Assembly: GCA_963810935.1 (NCBI GenBank)
Contig: CAWEPK010000016.1
Location: forward strand, 148,975 to 212,974
Direction of reading: 5' to 3'
Length of the DNA: 64,000 nucleotides
Origin: an uncultured delta proteobacterium
Lineage (GTDB): Bacteria > Desulfobacterota > Syntrophorhabdia > Syntrophorhabdales > WCHB1-27
The notes under the pieces are model-generated. The model saw only the letters and a program-made list of their open reading frames with translations. It did not search any database and was not told the origin of the DNA. Positions 10,443 through 22,327 of this stretch are shown one piece after another; position 1 is the stretch's first letter; every line of letters begins with the position of its first letter. The translations under genes and the position numbers were made by a program.

Positions 10443-11048
10443 CTATCTCCGTTCTTCTCCGTGTTTTTCGCCTCGTCCCTGTCGTTCCTCGACTCGGGGT
10501 TGAGCATGCCCGGCCTGCGGTTGTCCGTGGAAGTCGGCCTTCCCCTGGTATCCTTGTTGCCGTACAGCCTGTTGCTGAGGCCGGGGCGGGGAGCCCATAC
10601 CTTGTTTCTGCCAGTACCCGCTGTTGTGCCACCCCTTCCAGTTCTGCTGGAGCTGAGCGTGGGAGACCCTCTGGAAGTTCCAGGGCTGCCCGTGCCAGTT
10701 GTGGCTGGCATAATATCCTCTCCATCCGGGGTCCACTTTGGCGTAGAAGCCTGGAACATGGTTGAAGTGAGCCCATCCGCGGTCATAGTAACGGGAACGG
10801 TACCAGCGGCCTTCCCACGGACGCCACCACCACCCGTTGTAGAAGAACAGGTCGACGCCGGCGACCTCGGGGGCAACGTAGACGTCCGGGGCGCCGGGAA
10901 GCACCACTACTGCGGGAGGGGCCTGCACGACGACGGGCGGCGGCAGGGGAATCCCGATGTTTACGCTGACGCCCACCTGTGCCCCCGCCGTAAAGGGAGC
11001 GACGACCGCCAACGCCAAAAAGATCGCCCATACAAGCAACTTTTTCAT
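10443..11048 (-). CDS. Secreted Pro/Trp/Tyr-rich protein (YXWGXW-repeat-like)
   Basis: Signal peptide, VGVSVNIGIPLPPP, Trp-rich core, Gln/His-rich tail, RBS AAGGAGG. Confidence 0.75.
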   Translation of the reverse strand: MKKLLVWAIFLALAVVAPFTAGAQVGVSVNIGIPLPPPVVVQAPPAVVVLPGAPDVYVAPEVAGVDLFFYNGWWWRPWEGRWYRSRYYDRGWAHFNHVPGFYAKVDPGWRGYYASHNWHGQPWNFQRVSHAQLQQNWKGWHNSGYWQKQGMGSPPRPQQQAVRQQGYQGKADFHGQPQAGHAQPRVEERQGRGEKHGEERR

Positions 11049-11169
11049 TCATACCTCCTTAGTATTTTGAGCGGTCCCTGAAGATGATTCAATACCCTTG
11101 GGAGCACGAGAATCACCGGGGATCGCCTCTCCAGGGAATCCATCTTCCTTCCGAGACTCACGATACGCA

Positions 11170-11185
11170 TGCACAGGCGATGCCA
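11170..11185 (-). promoter_or_regulatory. Sigma54 -24/-12 promoter for the secreted protein
   Basis: Minus strand TGGCATCGCCTGTGCA (GG-N10-GC), about 120 bp upstream of the start codon. Confidence 0.55.
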
Positions 11186-11492
11186 GGGGCGCGGACACGT
11201 AGAAACACGCCCTATTTAAGCCATTTTTCGCAAAACCATCCGATGACGTCACGTAAGTTCTCGACAATTATGTCGACGCGATGGACTGAAACTGCCCATA
11301 ATAGGGTTAGCCACGTGCCGATCCAGGGGAGTTACGGCAACGGCCAGGTTATCGAGAGCGCCTGCAAGTGCGCGGCCTTTATTTCTCTTCCGAACGGCCT
11401 ATACTCTCCCCTCGGAGGCAATTCCAATTCGCAGGCGCTTCAGGGGATTCAAGGCTTGCGTGCAGGCTCCGTTGAACACAGGCCGGCTTTCT

Positions 11493-12107
11493 TCAATTCA
11501 TCGTAGGTCGCCGCGAGGTAACGAGAAATACCCCCGCGTGGGCGAACGCGTTGGGGAACATTCTTACCCTCCTTTTAGCATTGAAATAGAAAGCTTTTTC
11601 TATCCGTATGCCCCGCTTCCCGCAGTATTCGACGAAATCGAGGATGCTCAGGAAATGGAGGTTGGGCGTGTCGTACCACTGGTACGGCAATGAAGCGTTG
11701 ACGGGTACCTTCCCCATCATGCCCAACTGGAAACGTGTGGAGAAGGTTGCGAAGTTCGGAAAGCCTACGATTACCCTGGTCCCTACCCGCAAGGCTTCCT
11801 TAAGCACCTCGTCCGGCTTCCTCACCTGCTGGAAGGTCTGGTTGAGGATGACATAGTCGAAGGACCGGTCCTCGTATTCTGAAAGGCCCCTGTCTATGTC
11901 GTCGTGGAAAACGTTCAAACCTTTTGCCACACATTCGAGTATGGCCTGGTCGTCGATCTCTATGCCCTCGCCACTCACATTTTTCTCCTCCACCAATGCG
12001 GCAAGGAGCTCGCCCGCGCCGCAGCCCAGGTCGAGCACTGTTGCGCCGGGCGTGACGATCTCGACTATGGCCTTTTGGTCAAGGCGCAGGCTTAAGTGGT
12101 CGCTCAT
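11493..12107 (-). CDS. metW: Methionine biosynthesis protein MetW (SAM-dependent methyltransferase fold)
   Basis: VLDLGCGAG, DYVILNQTFQ, LPYQWYDTPNLHF; directly downstream of metX. Confidence 0.92.
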   Translation of the reverse strand: MSDHLSLRLDQKAIVEIVTPGATVLDLGCGAGELLAALVEEKNVSGEGIEIDDQAILECVAKGLNVFHDDIDRGLSEYEDRSFDYVILNQTFQQVRKPDEVLKEALRVGTRVIVGFPNFATFSTRFQLGMMGKVPVNASLPYQWYDTPNLHFLSILDFVEYCGKRGIRIEKAFYFNAKRRVRMFPNAFAHAGVFLVTSRRPTMN

Positions 12108-12108
12108 T

Positions 12109-13245
12109 CTATACACCGCCAAACACATTCTTGAGGAAATGCTTGATGAGGTGGGCCTGTTCCTCCACCTCGATAAGAAATGCGTCGTGGCCCCACGTCG
12201 AATGCAGCTCTACATAGATCGCTTTGACTCCCGCCCGCTTACATGCCCGTGCGATCTCCTGCGATTGGTAAGCAGGGTAGAGCCAATCGGACTTGAAGGC
12301 GATCACCAGGAAGCGGGCTTTGATTCCCTGCAGCACCCCCCGGAGCCCCTTGCCGTATCCGAGGTCGAAGTAATCGATGGCCTTTGTGATGTAGAGGTAG
12401 GAATTGGGATCGAACCGCTTTATGAAGTTATCTCCCCGGTACTGGAGGTAGCCCTCCACTTCGAAGTCAGGGTCGAAAGAAAAACCCGAATGGCCGTTCC
12501 TGAAGCGCCTCCCGAATTTCTCGCTCATCGACACGTCGCTCATGTAAGTGATATGGCCTATCATCCTGGCTACGCTCAGGCCTTTGGCGGGAAGGTCGCT
12601 TCCGTAATAGTCGCCTTCCTTCCAGTTAGGGTCCGCCATGATGGCTTGCCTGCCTACCTCGTTGAAGGCGATCTGCTGCGGCGAGTGGGTGGCCGTGGTG
12701 GCGATAGGAATAACGGAGGCGACCCTGTCCGGATAGGATGCCACCCATTGCAGGGCCTGCATCCCTCCCATAGACCCGCCGCAGACCGATAAGAGCCGGT
12801 CTATACCCAAGTGGTCTATAAGGTGGCGCTGGGCGTTTACCATATCGCCGACAGTGATGAGAGGGAAATCAAGGGCGTAAGGCTTGCCGGTTTGGGGACT
12901 GATCGAGGAGGGGCCGGTCGAGCCCCTGCATCCGCCCAGGACGTTGGAGCAGATAACGAAATACTTGTCCGTATCGAATGCCCTGCCGGGACCTATCATG
13001 TTGTCCCACCAGCCGGGCCTTTTGTCGCCTGCGTGCTGCCCAGCCGCATGAGCATCGCCTGTCAGGGCATGGAGTATTAAGACTGCGTTCGATTTGCTTT
13101 TATTCAGGCTTCCGTAAGTCTCATAGGCGAGAGTGACCGGCGAGATCGCCTTCCCGCCTTCGGTGCTGAAGGGGCCGGGATCGCGGGCAAACGTGTAGTA
13201 TCCTGTCTCCACGAATCCCAGCCCCTCCTCGCTGCGCGACACCAT
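12109..13245 (-). CDS. metX: Homoserine O-acetyltransferase
   Basis: [24 protein letters not shown]. Confidence 0.95.
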   Translation of the reverse strand: MVSRSEEGLGFVETGYYTFARDPGPFSTEGGKAISPVTLAYETYGSLNKSKSNAVLILHALTGDAHAAGQHAGDKRPGWWDNMIGPGRAFDTDKYFVICSNVLGGCRGSTGPSSISPQTGKPYALDFPLITVGDMVNAQRHLIDHLGIDRLLSVCGGSMGGMQALQWVASYPDRVASVIPIATTATHSPQQIAFNEVGRQAIMADPNWKEGDYYGSDLPAKGLSVARMIGHITYMSDVSMSEKFGRRFRNGHSGFSFDPDFEVEGYLQYRGDNFIKRFDPNSYLYITKAIDYFDLGYGKGLRGVLQGIKARFLVIAFKSDWLYPAYQSQEIARACKRAGVKAIYVELHSTWGHDAFLIEVEEQAHLIKHFLKNVFGGV

Positions 13246-13248
13246 TGC

Positions 13249-14547
13249 TCACTCCACTGCTTTCTTCAACGCCTGATCCAGGTCTTCTTTGATATCCTCT
13301 ACGTCCTCTATGCCGATGGAGAGGCGGATATAGTCCTCGGTGACGCCCGTCTCTTCCTGCTCCGCCCTCGTCAACTGCTGGTGCGTGGTCGATGCGGGAT
13401 GGATGACAAGGCTCTTTGCATCGCCGATATTGGCAAGGTGCGAGAAGAGCCCGACCGACTCGATAAACTTCTTCCCGGCCGCGAGGCCGCCCTTGATGCC
13501 GAAGCCGACGAGGGAGCCGAAGCCGCTCTTCAGGTATTTACTCGCAACCAGGTAGTTCGGGTTGTCGGGCAGGCCCGGATAGTTGACCCATGAGACGAGT
13601 GGATGGCCCTTCAGAAACCGGGCGACCTCAAGGCCGTTTTCCGAATGCTTCTTCTGTCGCAGGGGCAGCGTCTCCAACCCCTGGAGGAAGAGCCACGCGT
13701 TGAAAGGGCTCATCGCGGCCCCCATGTCGCGCAGCAGTTGGACGCGCACCTTGAAGATAAAGGCCACGTTGCCCATATCGCCGAAATTCGCAAAGACGTC
13801 CCAGAACTTGAGGCCGTGGTAGCTGGGGTCGGGCTCGGTGAATTCCGGGAACTTGCCGTTGCCCCAATTGAAGCGGCCCCCGTCCACGATGACACCGCCT
13901 ATGGACGTGCCGTGGCCGCCTATGTACTTCGTTGCCGACGTGGCGAGGATGTCGGCGCCGTAGTCGAGGGGCTTTACCAGCCCGACGCCGACCGTATTAT
14001 CGACTACCAACGGAACGCCCGCGTCATGGGCTATCTTCGAGACCGCCTCGAAATCGGGGACGTCGAGCTTCGGGTTGCCGACGGTCTCCGCGTAGAACGC
14101 CCGCGTCTTGTCCGTGACCGCGTGTGCGAATTCTGCGGGCTTCGACGAATCGACAAACTTTACATGGCGACCGAGCTTGGGGAACGTATAGTGGAAAAGC
14201 TCGTACGTCCCTCCGTAAAGGTTGTTCGCCGATACGATCTCGTCCCCCACCTGCGTGATCGCAAGCAGCGCGAGGGTACTGGCCGCCTGCCCGGAAGAAA
14301 CTGCCAGTGCGCCGGAGGCGCCCTCGATGGCTGCTATGCGCCGCTCGAAGACGTCGGTCGTCGGGTTCATGATGCGCGTGTAGATGTTCCCCAGCTCTGC
14401 CAGGGCAAAGAGGTTGGCGGCGTGGGCCGTGTCTCTGAAGACGTAAGAAGTTGTCTGGTAAATGGGCACCGCGCGGGCGCCCGTTGCCGGGTCGGGGCTT
14501 TCCTGCCCTGCATGAACTGCCAGTGTGTCGGGTCTTCTCGTTGCCAT
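13249..14547 (-). CDS. metY: O-acetylhomoserine aminocarboxypropyltransferase / cysteine synthase
   Basis: [18 protein letters not shown] (PLP lysine), [26 protein letters not shown] 14547 after GGAGG. Confidence 0.95.
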   Translation of the reverse strand: MATRRPDTLAVHAGQESPDPATGARAVPIYQTTSYVFRDTAHAANLFALAELGNIYTRIMNPTTDVFERRIAAIEGASGALAVSSGQAASTLALLAITQVGDEIVSANNLYGGTYELFHYTFPKLGRHVKFVDSSKPAEFAHAVTDKTRAFYAETVGNPKLDVPDFEAVSKIAHDAGVPLVVDNTVGVGLVKPLDYGADILATSATKYIGGHGTSIGGVIVDGGRFNWGNGKFPEFTEPDPSYHGLKFWDVFANFGDMGNVAFIFKVRVQLLRDMGAAMSPFNAWLFLQGLETLPLRQKKHSENGLEVARFLKGHPLVSWVNYPGLPDNPNYLVASKYLKSGFGSLVGFGIKGGLAAGKKFIESVGLFSHLANIGDAKSLVIHPASTTHQQLTRAEQEETGVTEDYIRLSIGIEDVEDIKEDLDQALKKAVE

Positions 14548-14633
14548 CGGTTTTTCCTCCTGATGTAAGCCGGGGTTGAGGTCGGCGCCGGACCCGATAT
14601 CGGGCACCCGGCATCCCCCGATGGGTCCGTATT

Positions 14634-15080
14634 CTATATGTAGTACATGGCCATGTCCTTTCCGGATTTCTCGTCTTGCATACGTGCGAGTTTATCGAGG
14701 GTGTAGCCGGAAAGGAACTCGTCCATCTTACCCCCCAGGAGGGTCCAGATGTCGCGGGTCGCGCAGGTTGCCGATCTCGGACAGACTTTCGGTTCGTCCA
14801 CGCAGTCCACGAGCCTGCATGGTCCTTCGAGAGCGGCGATGACCTCGCTCGCAGTTATCTGTGCGGGCGGCTTTATAAGGAGAAAGCCGCCTTTCCTGCC
14901 TCTTACCGTGCGTATAAGCCCGGCCGCGCGCAGGGCGGCAAATATATGCTCGAGGTACTTCTCCGATATATCCTGCCTCTTCGCTACATCGGCAAGAAAG
15001 ACCGGCACCTCATCCTTCTGGTTAATCGCCAGGTCCATCATGGCCCGCAGTCCGTACCTGCCCTTGGTTGACATTTTCAC
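14634..15080 (-). CDS. Rrf2 family transcriptional regulator (IscR/CymR-like) with three C-terminal Cys
   Basis: [29 protein letters not shown]6-C-X5-C. Confidence 0.93.
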   Translation of the reverse strand: MKMSTKGRYGLRAMMDLAINQKDEVPVFLADVAKRQDISEKYLEHIFAALRAAGLIRTVRGRKGGFLLIKPPAQITASEVIAALEGPCRLVDCVDEPKVCPRSATCATRDIWTLLGGKMDEFLSGYTLDKLARMQDEKSGKDMAMYYI

Positions 15081-15098
15081 GATTCGTTCACTCCTGCA

Positions 15099-16088
15099 TC
15101 AAATAGCTTTGTCCGACGCCGTTGCGCTCTCCAACCCAGGGAAGAGGTTTTGGAAAAGGGGCGCGGTCAGGTAGCGCTCGCCTGCGTCGGGTAGAATTAC
15201 AACTATGGTCTTTCCTTTGCTCTCCAGCTCTTTTGCTATGCGGGCGGCGACGAGGGCCGCTGCCCCGCTCGATATGCCGCAAAGTATGCCTTCTTCTCTG
15301 GCGAGCTTGCGTGCCGTATCTATGGCCTCATCGCTCGTGACGGTCTCTATCCTGTCCACCAGGTCGAACTGCAAGACTTTGGGAACGAAGCCTGCACCTA
15401 TGCCCTGGATCTTGTGGGCGCCCGGCTTTAGCTCCTCGCCCTTCCGCGTCTGCGTGAGGATGGGCGATTCCGCGGGCTCCACTGCAACGGAGACGATCTT
15501 CTTACCCTTCGTGAGCTTGAAGTAGCGGCTCACGCCAGTGATCGTCCCGCCCGTCCCGACGCCCGATACAAAGATATCCATCTTGCCGTCCGTGTCGTTC
15601 CATATCTCTACACCCGTCGTCGCCTCGTGGATGGCGGGGTTCGCCGGGTTCTCGAACTGCTGGGGCATGAAATAATGAGAAGGGTCGCCCTGGGCAAGCT
15701 CGGTGGCCTTTGCGATGGCGCCCTTCATGCCCTTGGCCGCCTCAGTCAGGATCAGGCCTGCGCCGAATATCTTCAGCACTTTCCTGCGCTCGATACTCAT
15801 CGTCTCAGGCATAGTCAAAAGCAGCTTGTAGCCTCTGGCCGCCGCAACGAAGGCCAGGGCTATGCCCGTATTGCCCGACGTCGGCTCGATGATCTCCATG
15901 CCGGGTTTTAAGCGCCCGGTCTTCTCGGCATCACGGATCATTGCCGCCCCTATGCGGTCCTTTACCGAATAAGCGGGAGCCCTTCCCTCGATCTTGGCGA
16001 GAACCGTCGCATCCGTACCTGCGATGCGGTTCAATTTAATCAGCGGCGTGTTTCCTATCGACTGGCTGTTGTCATCATATCTGGCCAT
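15099..16088 (-). CDS. cysK: Cysteine synthase A
   Basis: [37 protein letters not shown]. Confidence 0.96.
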   Translation of the reverse strand: MARYDDNSQSIGNTPLIKLNRIAGTDATVLAKIEGRAPAYSVKDRIGAAMIRDAEKTGRLKPGMEIIEPTSGNTGIALAFVAAARGYKLLLTMPETMSIERRKVLKIFGAGLILTEAAKGMKGAIAKATELAQGDPSHYFMPQQFENPANPAIHEATTGVEIWNDTDGKMDIFVSGVGTGGTITGVSRYFKLTKGKKIVSVAVEPAESPILTQTRKGEELKPGAHKIQGIGAGFVPKVLQFDLVDRIETVTSDEAIDTARKLAREEGILCGISSGAAALVAARIAKELESKGKTIVVILPDAGERYLTAPLFQNLFPGLESATASDKAI

Positions 16089-16125
16089 GGATGCCTCCTT
16101 TTTTGCCGGTCCGTCTGGCCGGGAC

Positions 16126-16155
16126 TATTAGACTACTATGACAGTAGGAATAATA
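16126..16155. promoter_or_regulatory. Palindromic operator, candidate Rrf2-family binding site
   Basis: TATTAGA-CTACT-ATGAC-AGTAG-GAATAATA overlapping the -10 box and predicted start site of the cysK promoter. Confidence 0.65.
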
Positions 16156-16180
16156 TAGTTAACGTGACGAATATTGTCAA
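16152..16180 (-). promoter_or_regulatory. Sigma70 promoter of the cysK-rrf2-metY-metX-metW operon
   Basis: Minus strand TTGACA-N17-TATATT. Confidence 0.75.
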
Positions 16181-16186
16181 GAATAA

Positions 16187-16360
16187 TCACGTCTCCCTGC
16201 GGTGACTGCGCTGCCCGGCGCACCATTTGTGTAGGGCCTGCTCGAAATCGGCAATAAGGTCTCTTGGGCCTTCGAGACCTACGGAAAGCCCCACCAAGCT
16301 ATCCTGTTATACCCCTTGCAAGCCGCTCCTTTGGAGGGACGGACGCGTGGGGCATCGCCC
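16187..16360 (-). pseudogene. 3' remnant of a cystathionine gamma-synthase/lyase (MetB/MetC family)
   Basis: Manual translation with one frameshift: MPHASVPPKERLARGIT/DSLVGLSVGLEGPRDLIADFEQAL, the characteristic C-terminus of this family. Confidence 0.75.
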
Positions 16361-16361
16361 G

Positions 16362-16553
16362 TCAACTCTTGAGAACGCAGGCGTTAATATCGGTTCGATC
16401 CAGAGGACACACGGACACGAGAACAGGATAACTACGGAGATTTATCTGCACAGTATCCGCAATCCGGAAAGGGTGGCAATGAACGTCTACGAAAAGGTCA
16501 CCGGGGACAAAGTCCCACACAGACGGGATGACAAGAAAAGGAGATCGCCGTAA
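16362..16553 (+). pseudogene. 3' remnant of a tyrosine integrase
   Basis: STLENAGVNIGSIQRTHGHENRITTEIYLH matches the box II (L)GH...TT.IY motif; ends 17 bp from the tRNA 3' end. Confidence 0.75.
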
Positions 16554-16569
16554 CCCCTTGAAAGAAAAG

Positions 16570-16643
16570 TGCCCCCGAAGTGACTCGAACACTTGGCACC
16601 AGGATTAGGAATCCTGTGCTCTATCCACCTGAGCTACGGGGGC
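16570..16643 (-). tRNA. tRNA-Arg(CCT), CCA not encoded
   Basis: GCCCCCGTAGCTCAGGTGGATAGAGCACAGGATTCCTAATCCTGGTGCCAAGTGTTCGAGTCACTTCGGGGGCA forms a cloverleaf with anticodon loop TTCCTAA. Confidence 0.97.
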
Positions 16644-16797
16644 ACGTAAAAATTGTACTCACTGAAAGGGTAATCTACAACCGTTTTTCTGCGGTTTTCT
16701 TCTATCATGGAACTGGGGATGCGGTCAAGTCTTTCCGGTTCGCCGCGGGTCCCTCATCGAACGGTCTTGCCGCAAAGAGAGATTATGTATAAGATAG

Positions 16798-17808
<1,011 letters not shown>

Positions 17809-18185
17809 CGGCGGCCGGCCCGTTAGTGTGAAGCTGCACCGGGGCTATAATGGTCTGCCTTCCCGCATTCCCCGCCCCCTTAAAGGCGCAGTTTTTCCTG
17901 CCGCGCCTTATACTTCCGGCGGTTCCGGTCGATAATACCATGAGATGGGGTCAGGATCGTTATACCATGAGTCCGCCGCCGGATAATGACGTCTATTTAC
18001 ATAACAAAGTGATTGCCGTGGCAAAGGTTTTGTAATAGAATACGAACGGATTTACGAAGGGTATGCACGAAGCCCGCACTTTTAAGATGCTTCGGTTTTT
18101 ACTGAAGCTCCTAAACCCACGCATCATGGCGGTGGCCCGTTCTCAAAGCATGCCGCAAGAGCCTATCGGAAAATAGAGAGCCGGA

Positions 18186-19823
18186 ATGGTCAGCACCCTC
18201 CTTATATCGACTTTTGTGACCATCCTCCTTATACCGATATTCAGCAGAGCGGCGCTCAGGCTGAATATCGGACTCGATATGCCCGGCGGAAGGAAGGTGC
18301 ACGAGCGTCCCATACCCAGGGTGGGCGGGGTCGCAATGGTCGTGGGCGTGTACGTGTCCGCCGTTTTTCTCTCACCACACGAGCATTTTATAACGGCTTA
18401 CGTTATATCGAGCCTGTTCATCGTTTGTTTCGGGGTCGTCGATGATTTCAACGGCATTGATTTCCGTCTTAAATTCCTTGCACAGGTAGTTGCTGCGCTG
18501 GTGATCGTCATATACGGGGGAGTCAAGATCAAGAGCCTCGGCGGCCTGCTGCCAGAAGACGTGATGCTGCCGGAGACGGTCTCGGTCTTGCTGACGGTTG
18601 TTGCTATTGTAGGCGTAACCAACGCGATCAATCTGGCCGATGGACTGGACGGCCTTGCCGGCGGCATCTGCCTTTTGAGTTTTGGCTGCCTCGCCTATCT
18701 TGCCTACCTGGAAGACGACATCACGTTGTGCCTCCTCGCCCTCGCCCTGGCAGGCGCAATATTCGGGTTCCTGCGATATAATACGTATCCTGCCGAGCTT
18801 TTCATGGGCGACACGGGCAGCCAGTTCCTCGGTTTTTCGGCCGTAAGCCTATCGCTGGCCCTCACACAGGGTCAAACGCCCTTGAGCCCGCTTATCCCGC
18901 TTCTCGTGCTCGGGTTTCCGGTGCTCGACACCCTTGCCGTCATGGCGCAGAGGATTTCGGAAGGAAAGCCCGTTTTTGCGGCTGACAGGAACCATTTTCA
19001 CCATAAGCTCATGAGCCTGGGTTTCTATCACAACGAGTCCGTGCTCCTGATCTATACCGTGCAGGCGATGCTCGTAAGCGCCGCCTTCGTTTTCAGGTTC
19101 AACACCGAGTGGTTCCTTCTTGCCGGGTATGTTCTGTTCTCGGTACTGGTTCTCGCCGGTTTCCATATTGCTCAAAAGCGCAAGTGGAAGCTGCACAGGT
19201 ACCACCTTTTTGACCAGGCCATCAAGGGCCGCCTGAGGGGTTTGCGCGGCCACGGGTTCGTGATTAAAGTATGTTTCGGCGTGGCGGTATTCGGCGTGCC
19301 TTTGCTCCTGTTCATTGCCTGCCTGCTTCCGCCAAAGATACCGCCCGCTGTTTCCTACCTCTGCGCCGTATTCCTGGCGGCCTTGTTGCTCGTATGGTGC
19401 TTCAAGAGAGAATGGATGAAAGGGTCCCTGACGGCGGTCGTCTATTTGTTCGTGCCTTTCATTATTTCCCTTGACTTCGAAAACGTTAACCACATAGGCA
19501 CCACGTTTTCACGGCTCTACAATATGGCCCATATAGTGCTCATTGTTTTTGTCGTGCTCACGCTTAAATTCACCAGAAGACAGCAAGGTTTCAAGACGAC
19601 ACCAATGGACTTCCTCATCCTTTTCATAGCCCTTGTCGTGCCGCATGCGCTCTCACGTTACCTGCATATAGAAAATCTGACGGTTATCGCTGCAAAGACG
19701 GTCATGTTCTATTTCAGCTACGAGGTCCTGATCGGCGAGATGCGGGGAAAGCTCACAAGGCTTGCCGCAGCAAGCATGCTGCCCCTGATTATAGTGGTAG
19801 CGAGAGGATTGATGCGCTGGTGA
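18186..19823 (+). CDS. Undecaprenyl-phosphate GlcNAc-1-phosphate transferase (WecA/TagO, MraY family) with extended membrane C-terminus
   Basis: RKVH..PIPRVGG, GVVDD, NAINLADGLDGLA, FMGDTGS, DRNHFHH. Confidence 0.9.
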   Translation: MVSTLLISTFVTILLIPIFSRAALRLNIGLDMPGGRKVHERPIPRVGGVAMVVGVYVSAVFLSPHEHFITAYVISSLFIVCFGVVDDFNGIDFRLKFLAQVVAALVIVIYGGVKIKSLGGLLPEDVMLPETVSVLLTVVAIVGVTNAINLADGLDGLAGGICLLSFGCLAYLAYLEDDITLCLLALALAGAIFGFLRYNTYPAELFMGDTGSQFLGFSAVSLSLALTQGQTPLSPLIPLLVLGFPVLDTLAVMAQRISEGKPVFAADRNHFHHKLMSLGFYHNESVLLIYTVQAMLVSAAFVFRFNTEWFLLAGYVLFSVLVLAGFHIAQKRKWKLHRYHLFDQAIKGRLRGLRGHGFVIKVCFGVAVFGVPLLLFIACLLPPKIPPAVSYLCAVFLAALLLVWCFKREWMKGSLTAVVYLFVPFIISLDFENVNHIGTTFSRLYNMAHIVLIVFVVLTLKFTRRQQGFKTTPMDFLILFIALVVPHALSRYLHIENLTVIAAKTVMFYFSYEVLIGEMRGKLTRLAAASMLPLIIVVARGLMRW

Positions 19824-19853
19824 CGCGCTAACCTGATCAAGAGGAGAAGAAGA

Positions 19854-22247
19854 TTGAAACCATTCGTGAAAATCTTTCTGGCGATTCTGATAACCGTGTC
19901 CCTGGCTACCGGTTGCGGAGGTCCCGAGCAGAAGAAGATGAAATTCCTGAACAAGGGGAAGGACCTCTTCGAAAAAGGCGACTATGTCAAAGCAAAGCTC
20001 GAGTTCAGGAACGCCGTGCAGATCGACCCGAAGTTCGCAGAAGGGTTTTACATGCTGGGGTTAGCAGGGCTGAAAACGGGGAACCTCAATGAGGCGTTTG
20101 GCAACCTGTCGAAGGCGCTCGAGGTCAATCCGGGTCACTTGAAGGCGCGGGCGGAGATGGCAGGAGTACTGCTTCAGGGCAGGTTGTTCGACAAAGCCAT
20201 CGAGACCGCAGATGTTGTCTTGAGGGAAGAGCCGGGGAACGAAAAAGTGCTGATAGTAAAGACGGCCGCGCTCCTTGCGAAGCAGGAGTCTGCAAAAGCG
20301 CGCGAGCTGGTGGAGGCCATCCTGGCGAAGGGGTCGAAGGCGCCCGATGCCTACATCCTCCTGTCTGCCTGTTTTTCGCAGCAGAAGGACCTGAAGCACG
20401 CAGAGGAAGCGCTCCGTAAAGGGATAGAGCTTAACCCCCGTTCGGTTAACCTCCACCTTGCCCTCGTCGAGCTCATGGCGAGGAGCAAGCGCATAGACGA
20501 GGCAATCGCGGCTATGCAGCAGGTGGTCGCGCTGGACCCCGCAGACTTCAACCGCAAGCTTGTCCTGGCAAGTCTCAACTGGGACGGGGGGCGCGAGGAT
20601 AAGGCCCGCGAGGTGCTAAGAGAGATTTCCGTCGGAGACGGAAAAAATGAAGACGGATGGCTGCGGGTCTCCGGTTTCTATCTTTCACGGAACCGGCTGA
20701 GCGATGCAGAGAAGACGCTGGGCGACGGGATCGGAAAGTTTCCCCGCAGCATCAAGCTGCGCCTTGCTTTAAGCGAGTTGTACCTGAATACGGGCAGGGG
20801 GGACACCGCCAAAAAGACCCTCGTGGAGTGCCTCGGATTAGAAAAGGACCCGGCCAATCCGGATATTATCATGGCCAAAAACGGACTTGCCCGCATCTGC
20901 CTTTCGAGGGGTGAGATCGACGAGGCTGCCAAGTATACGGAGCAGGTGCTGAAAGAATCCCCAAAGAACCTCGATGCCCATTTCTTCAAAGGCAGCGTGT
21001 ATCTTGCGAGGGGAGACGGTAACAATGCCGTTCCGGAGTTTCGCACGGTGGTGGCCGATAGGCCTCAGCTCATCGCGGCCTACGTTCGTATGGCCGAAGC
21101 CCATGCAATGAATAACGAATTGAACCTCGCCTCCGACGTGCTCCTGAACGCCCTCAAAGTTGACCCGAAATCCCGGGAAGCAGGCATGGCTTACGCAAGG
21201 TTGCTGGTCTTGCAGAAACAAAACGGAAGGGCTGAGGACCAACTTCGTAAAATGGCGGCTGCAAACCCCGAAGACCTGGGCATTACGGCAGAGCTGGGCG
21301 ACCTGTTCCTCCTGAAAGGGGAGATGGGCCGAGCCGAGGCCCAGTATGCAGACATCAAAAAACGGGCGCCAAAGAACCCTGCGGGATACGCAAAGCTGGG
21401 CGCTCTCTTTCTCAACGAGGGGAAGCTGGATAAGGCCAGGACCGAGTTCGAGCAGGCATGGAAACTCGCACCCGATTCCCCGGACCTGCTGTCCGCAGTT
21501 GTCCACGTGGTGATCGCACAGAACAAGTACGATGCGGCCGTTTCTCTATGCGAAGAGCGAATAAAGCGGAACGGCAACGACGCCATGGCGTATAATCTTC
21601 TAGGGCAGATTTACACTACGAAAAAAGAATTCAAAAAAGCGGAAGGCGCTTTTACGAAGGCAATGGAGTTGCAGCCGTCGTGGACGGCGCCTCTCGGCGG
21701 GCTCGCACAGGTCTACGTGACCCAGGGGCAGACCGCATCGGCCGTAAAGAAGCTGGAGGACCGGCTCAAGGCGGAGCCGGAGAATGGGAACGTTCAGCTC
21801 TTGCTGGCCCAGCTCTATTACAGGAATAAAGAATACGGAAAGGCGATCGGGATCTACGAGAAGGCGCTGCAGAAGCAGCCGGGCAACTGGGCCGTCTCTA
21901 ATGACCTGGCGTTCCTCCTGAGCGAACAATCTAATTCCCCGAAAGACCTTGAAAAGGCAAGAATCCTGGCGCAGAAGGCGCTCAATGCCCGGCCGGACGA
22001 GCCGCGGATTCAGGACACGCTCGGATGGGTCTGCTACAAGCAGGGCGATACGGAGCGCGCTTCCGAGCTGATCCGGAAAGCGTACGTGAAAATGGCCGGC
22101 AGTGCCGCAGTCAACTACCACATGGGTATGGTCGCCTATAAGACGGGGAAGACTGCCCAGGCAAAGGAGTACCTGACAAGGGCCGTAAGCTCGGGCGAGA
22201 ACTTTCAGGGCAAAGAAGATGCGCAGAAGGTGTTGACGAAGCTGTGA
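19854..22247 (+). CDS. TPR-repeat lipoprotein (PrsT-like, associated with EPS/PEP-CTERM loci)
   Basis: Lipobox LATGC, A.LEFRNAVQIDP, many TPRs, terminal DTLGW...YHMG. Confidence 0.8.
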   Translation: MKPFVKIFLAILITVSLATGCGGPEQKKMKFLNKGKDLFEKGDYVKAKLEFRNAVQIDPKFAEGFYMLGLAGLKTGNLNEAFGNLSKALEVNPGHLKARAEMAGVLLQGRLFDKAIETADVVLREEPGNEKVLIVKTAALLAKQESAKARELVEAILAKGSKAPDAYILLSACFSQQKDLKHAEEALRKGIELNPRSVNLHLALVELMARSKRIDEAIAAMQQVVALDPADFNRKLVLASLNWDGGREDKAREVLREISVGDGKNEDGWLRVSGFYLSRNRLSDAEKTLGDGIGKFPRSIKLRLALSELYLNTGRGDTAKKTLVECLGLEKDPANPDIIMAKNGLARICLSRGEIDEAAKYTEQVLKESPKNLDAHFFKGSVYLARGDGNNAVPEFRTVVADRPQLIAAYVRMAEAHAMNNELNLASDVLLNALKVDPKSREAGMAYARLLVLQKQNGRAEDQLRKMAAANPEDLGITAELGDLFLLKGEMGRAEAQYADIKKRAPKNPAGYAKLGALFLNEGKLDKARTEFEQAWKLAPDSPDLLSAVVHVVIAQNKYDAAVSLCEERIKRNGNDAMAYNLLGQIYTTKKEFKKAEGAFTKAMELQPSWTAPLGGLAQVYVTQGQTASAVKKLEDRLKAEPENGNVQLLLAQLYYRNKEYGKAIGIYEKALQKQPGNWAVSNDLAFLLSEQSNSPKDLEKARILAQKALNARPDEPRIQDTLGWVCYKQGDTERASELIRKAYVKMAGSAAVNYHMGMVAYKTGKTAQAKEYLTRAVSSGENFQGKEDAQKVLTKL

Positions 22248-22327
22248 GAGGGAGGGTCAGGCAGCAGTCCGGCTGAGACTGGATAGGTAAAGCGTTGTCG
22301 AAAAAGACAGGGTAACCCCCCGCCTTT

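Noticed and set aside
18019..18034. Sigma54-like TGGCAAAGGTTTTGTA upstream of wecA
   Set aside because: The -12 element is GT rather than GC; plausible but too weak to call.
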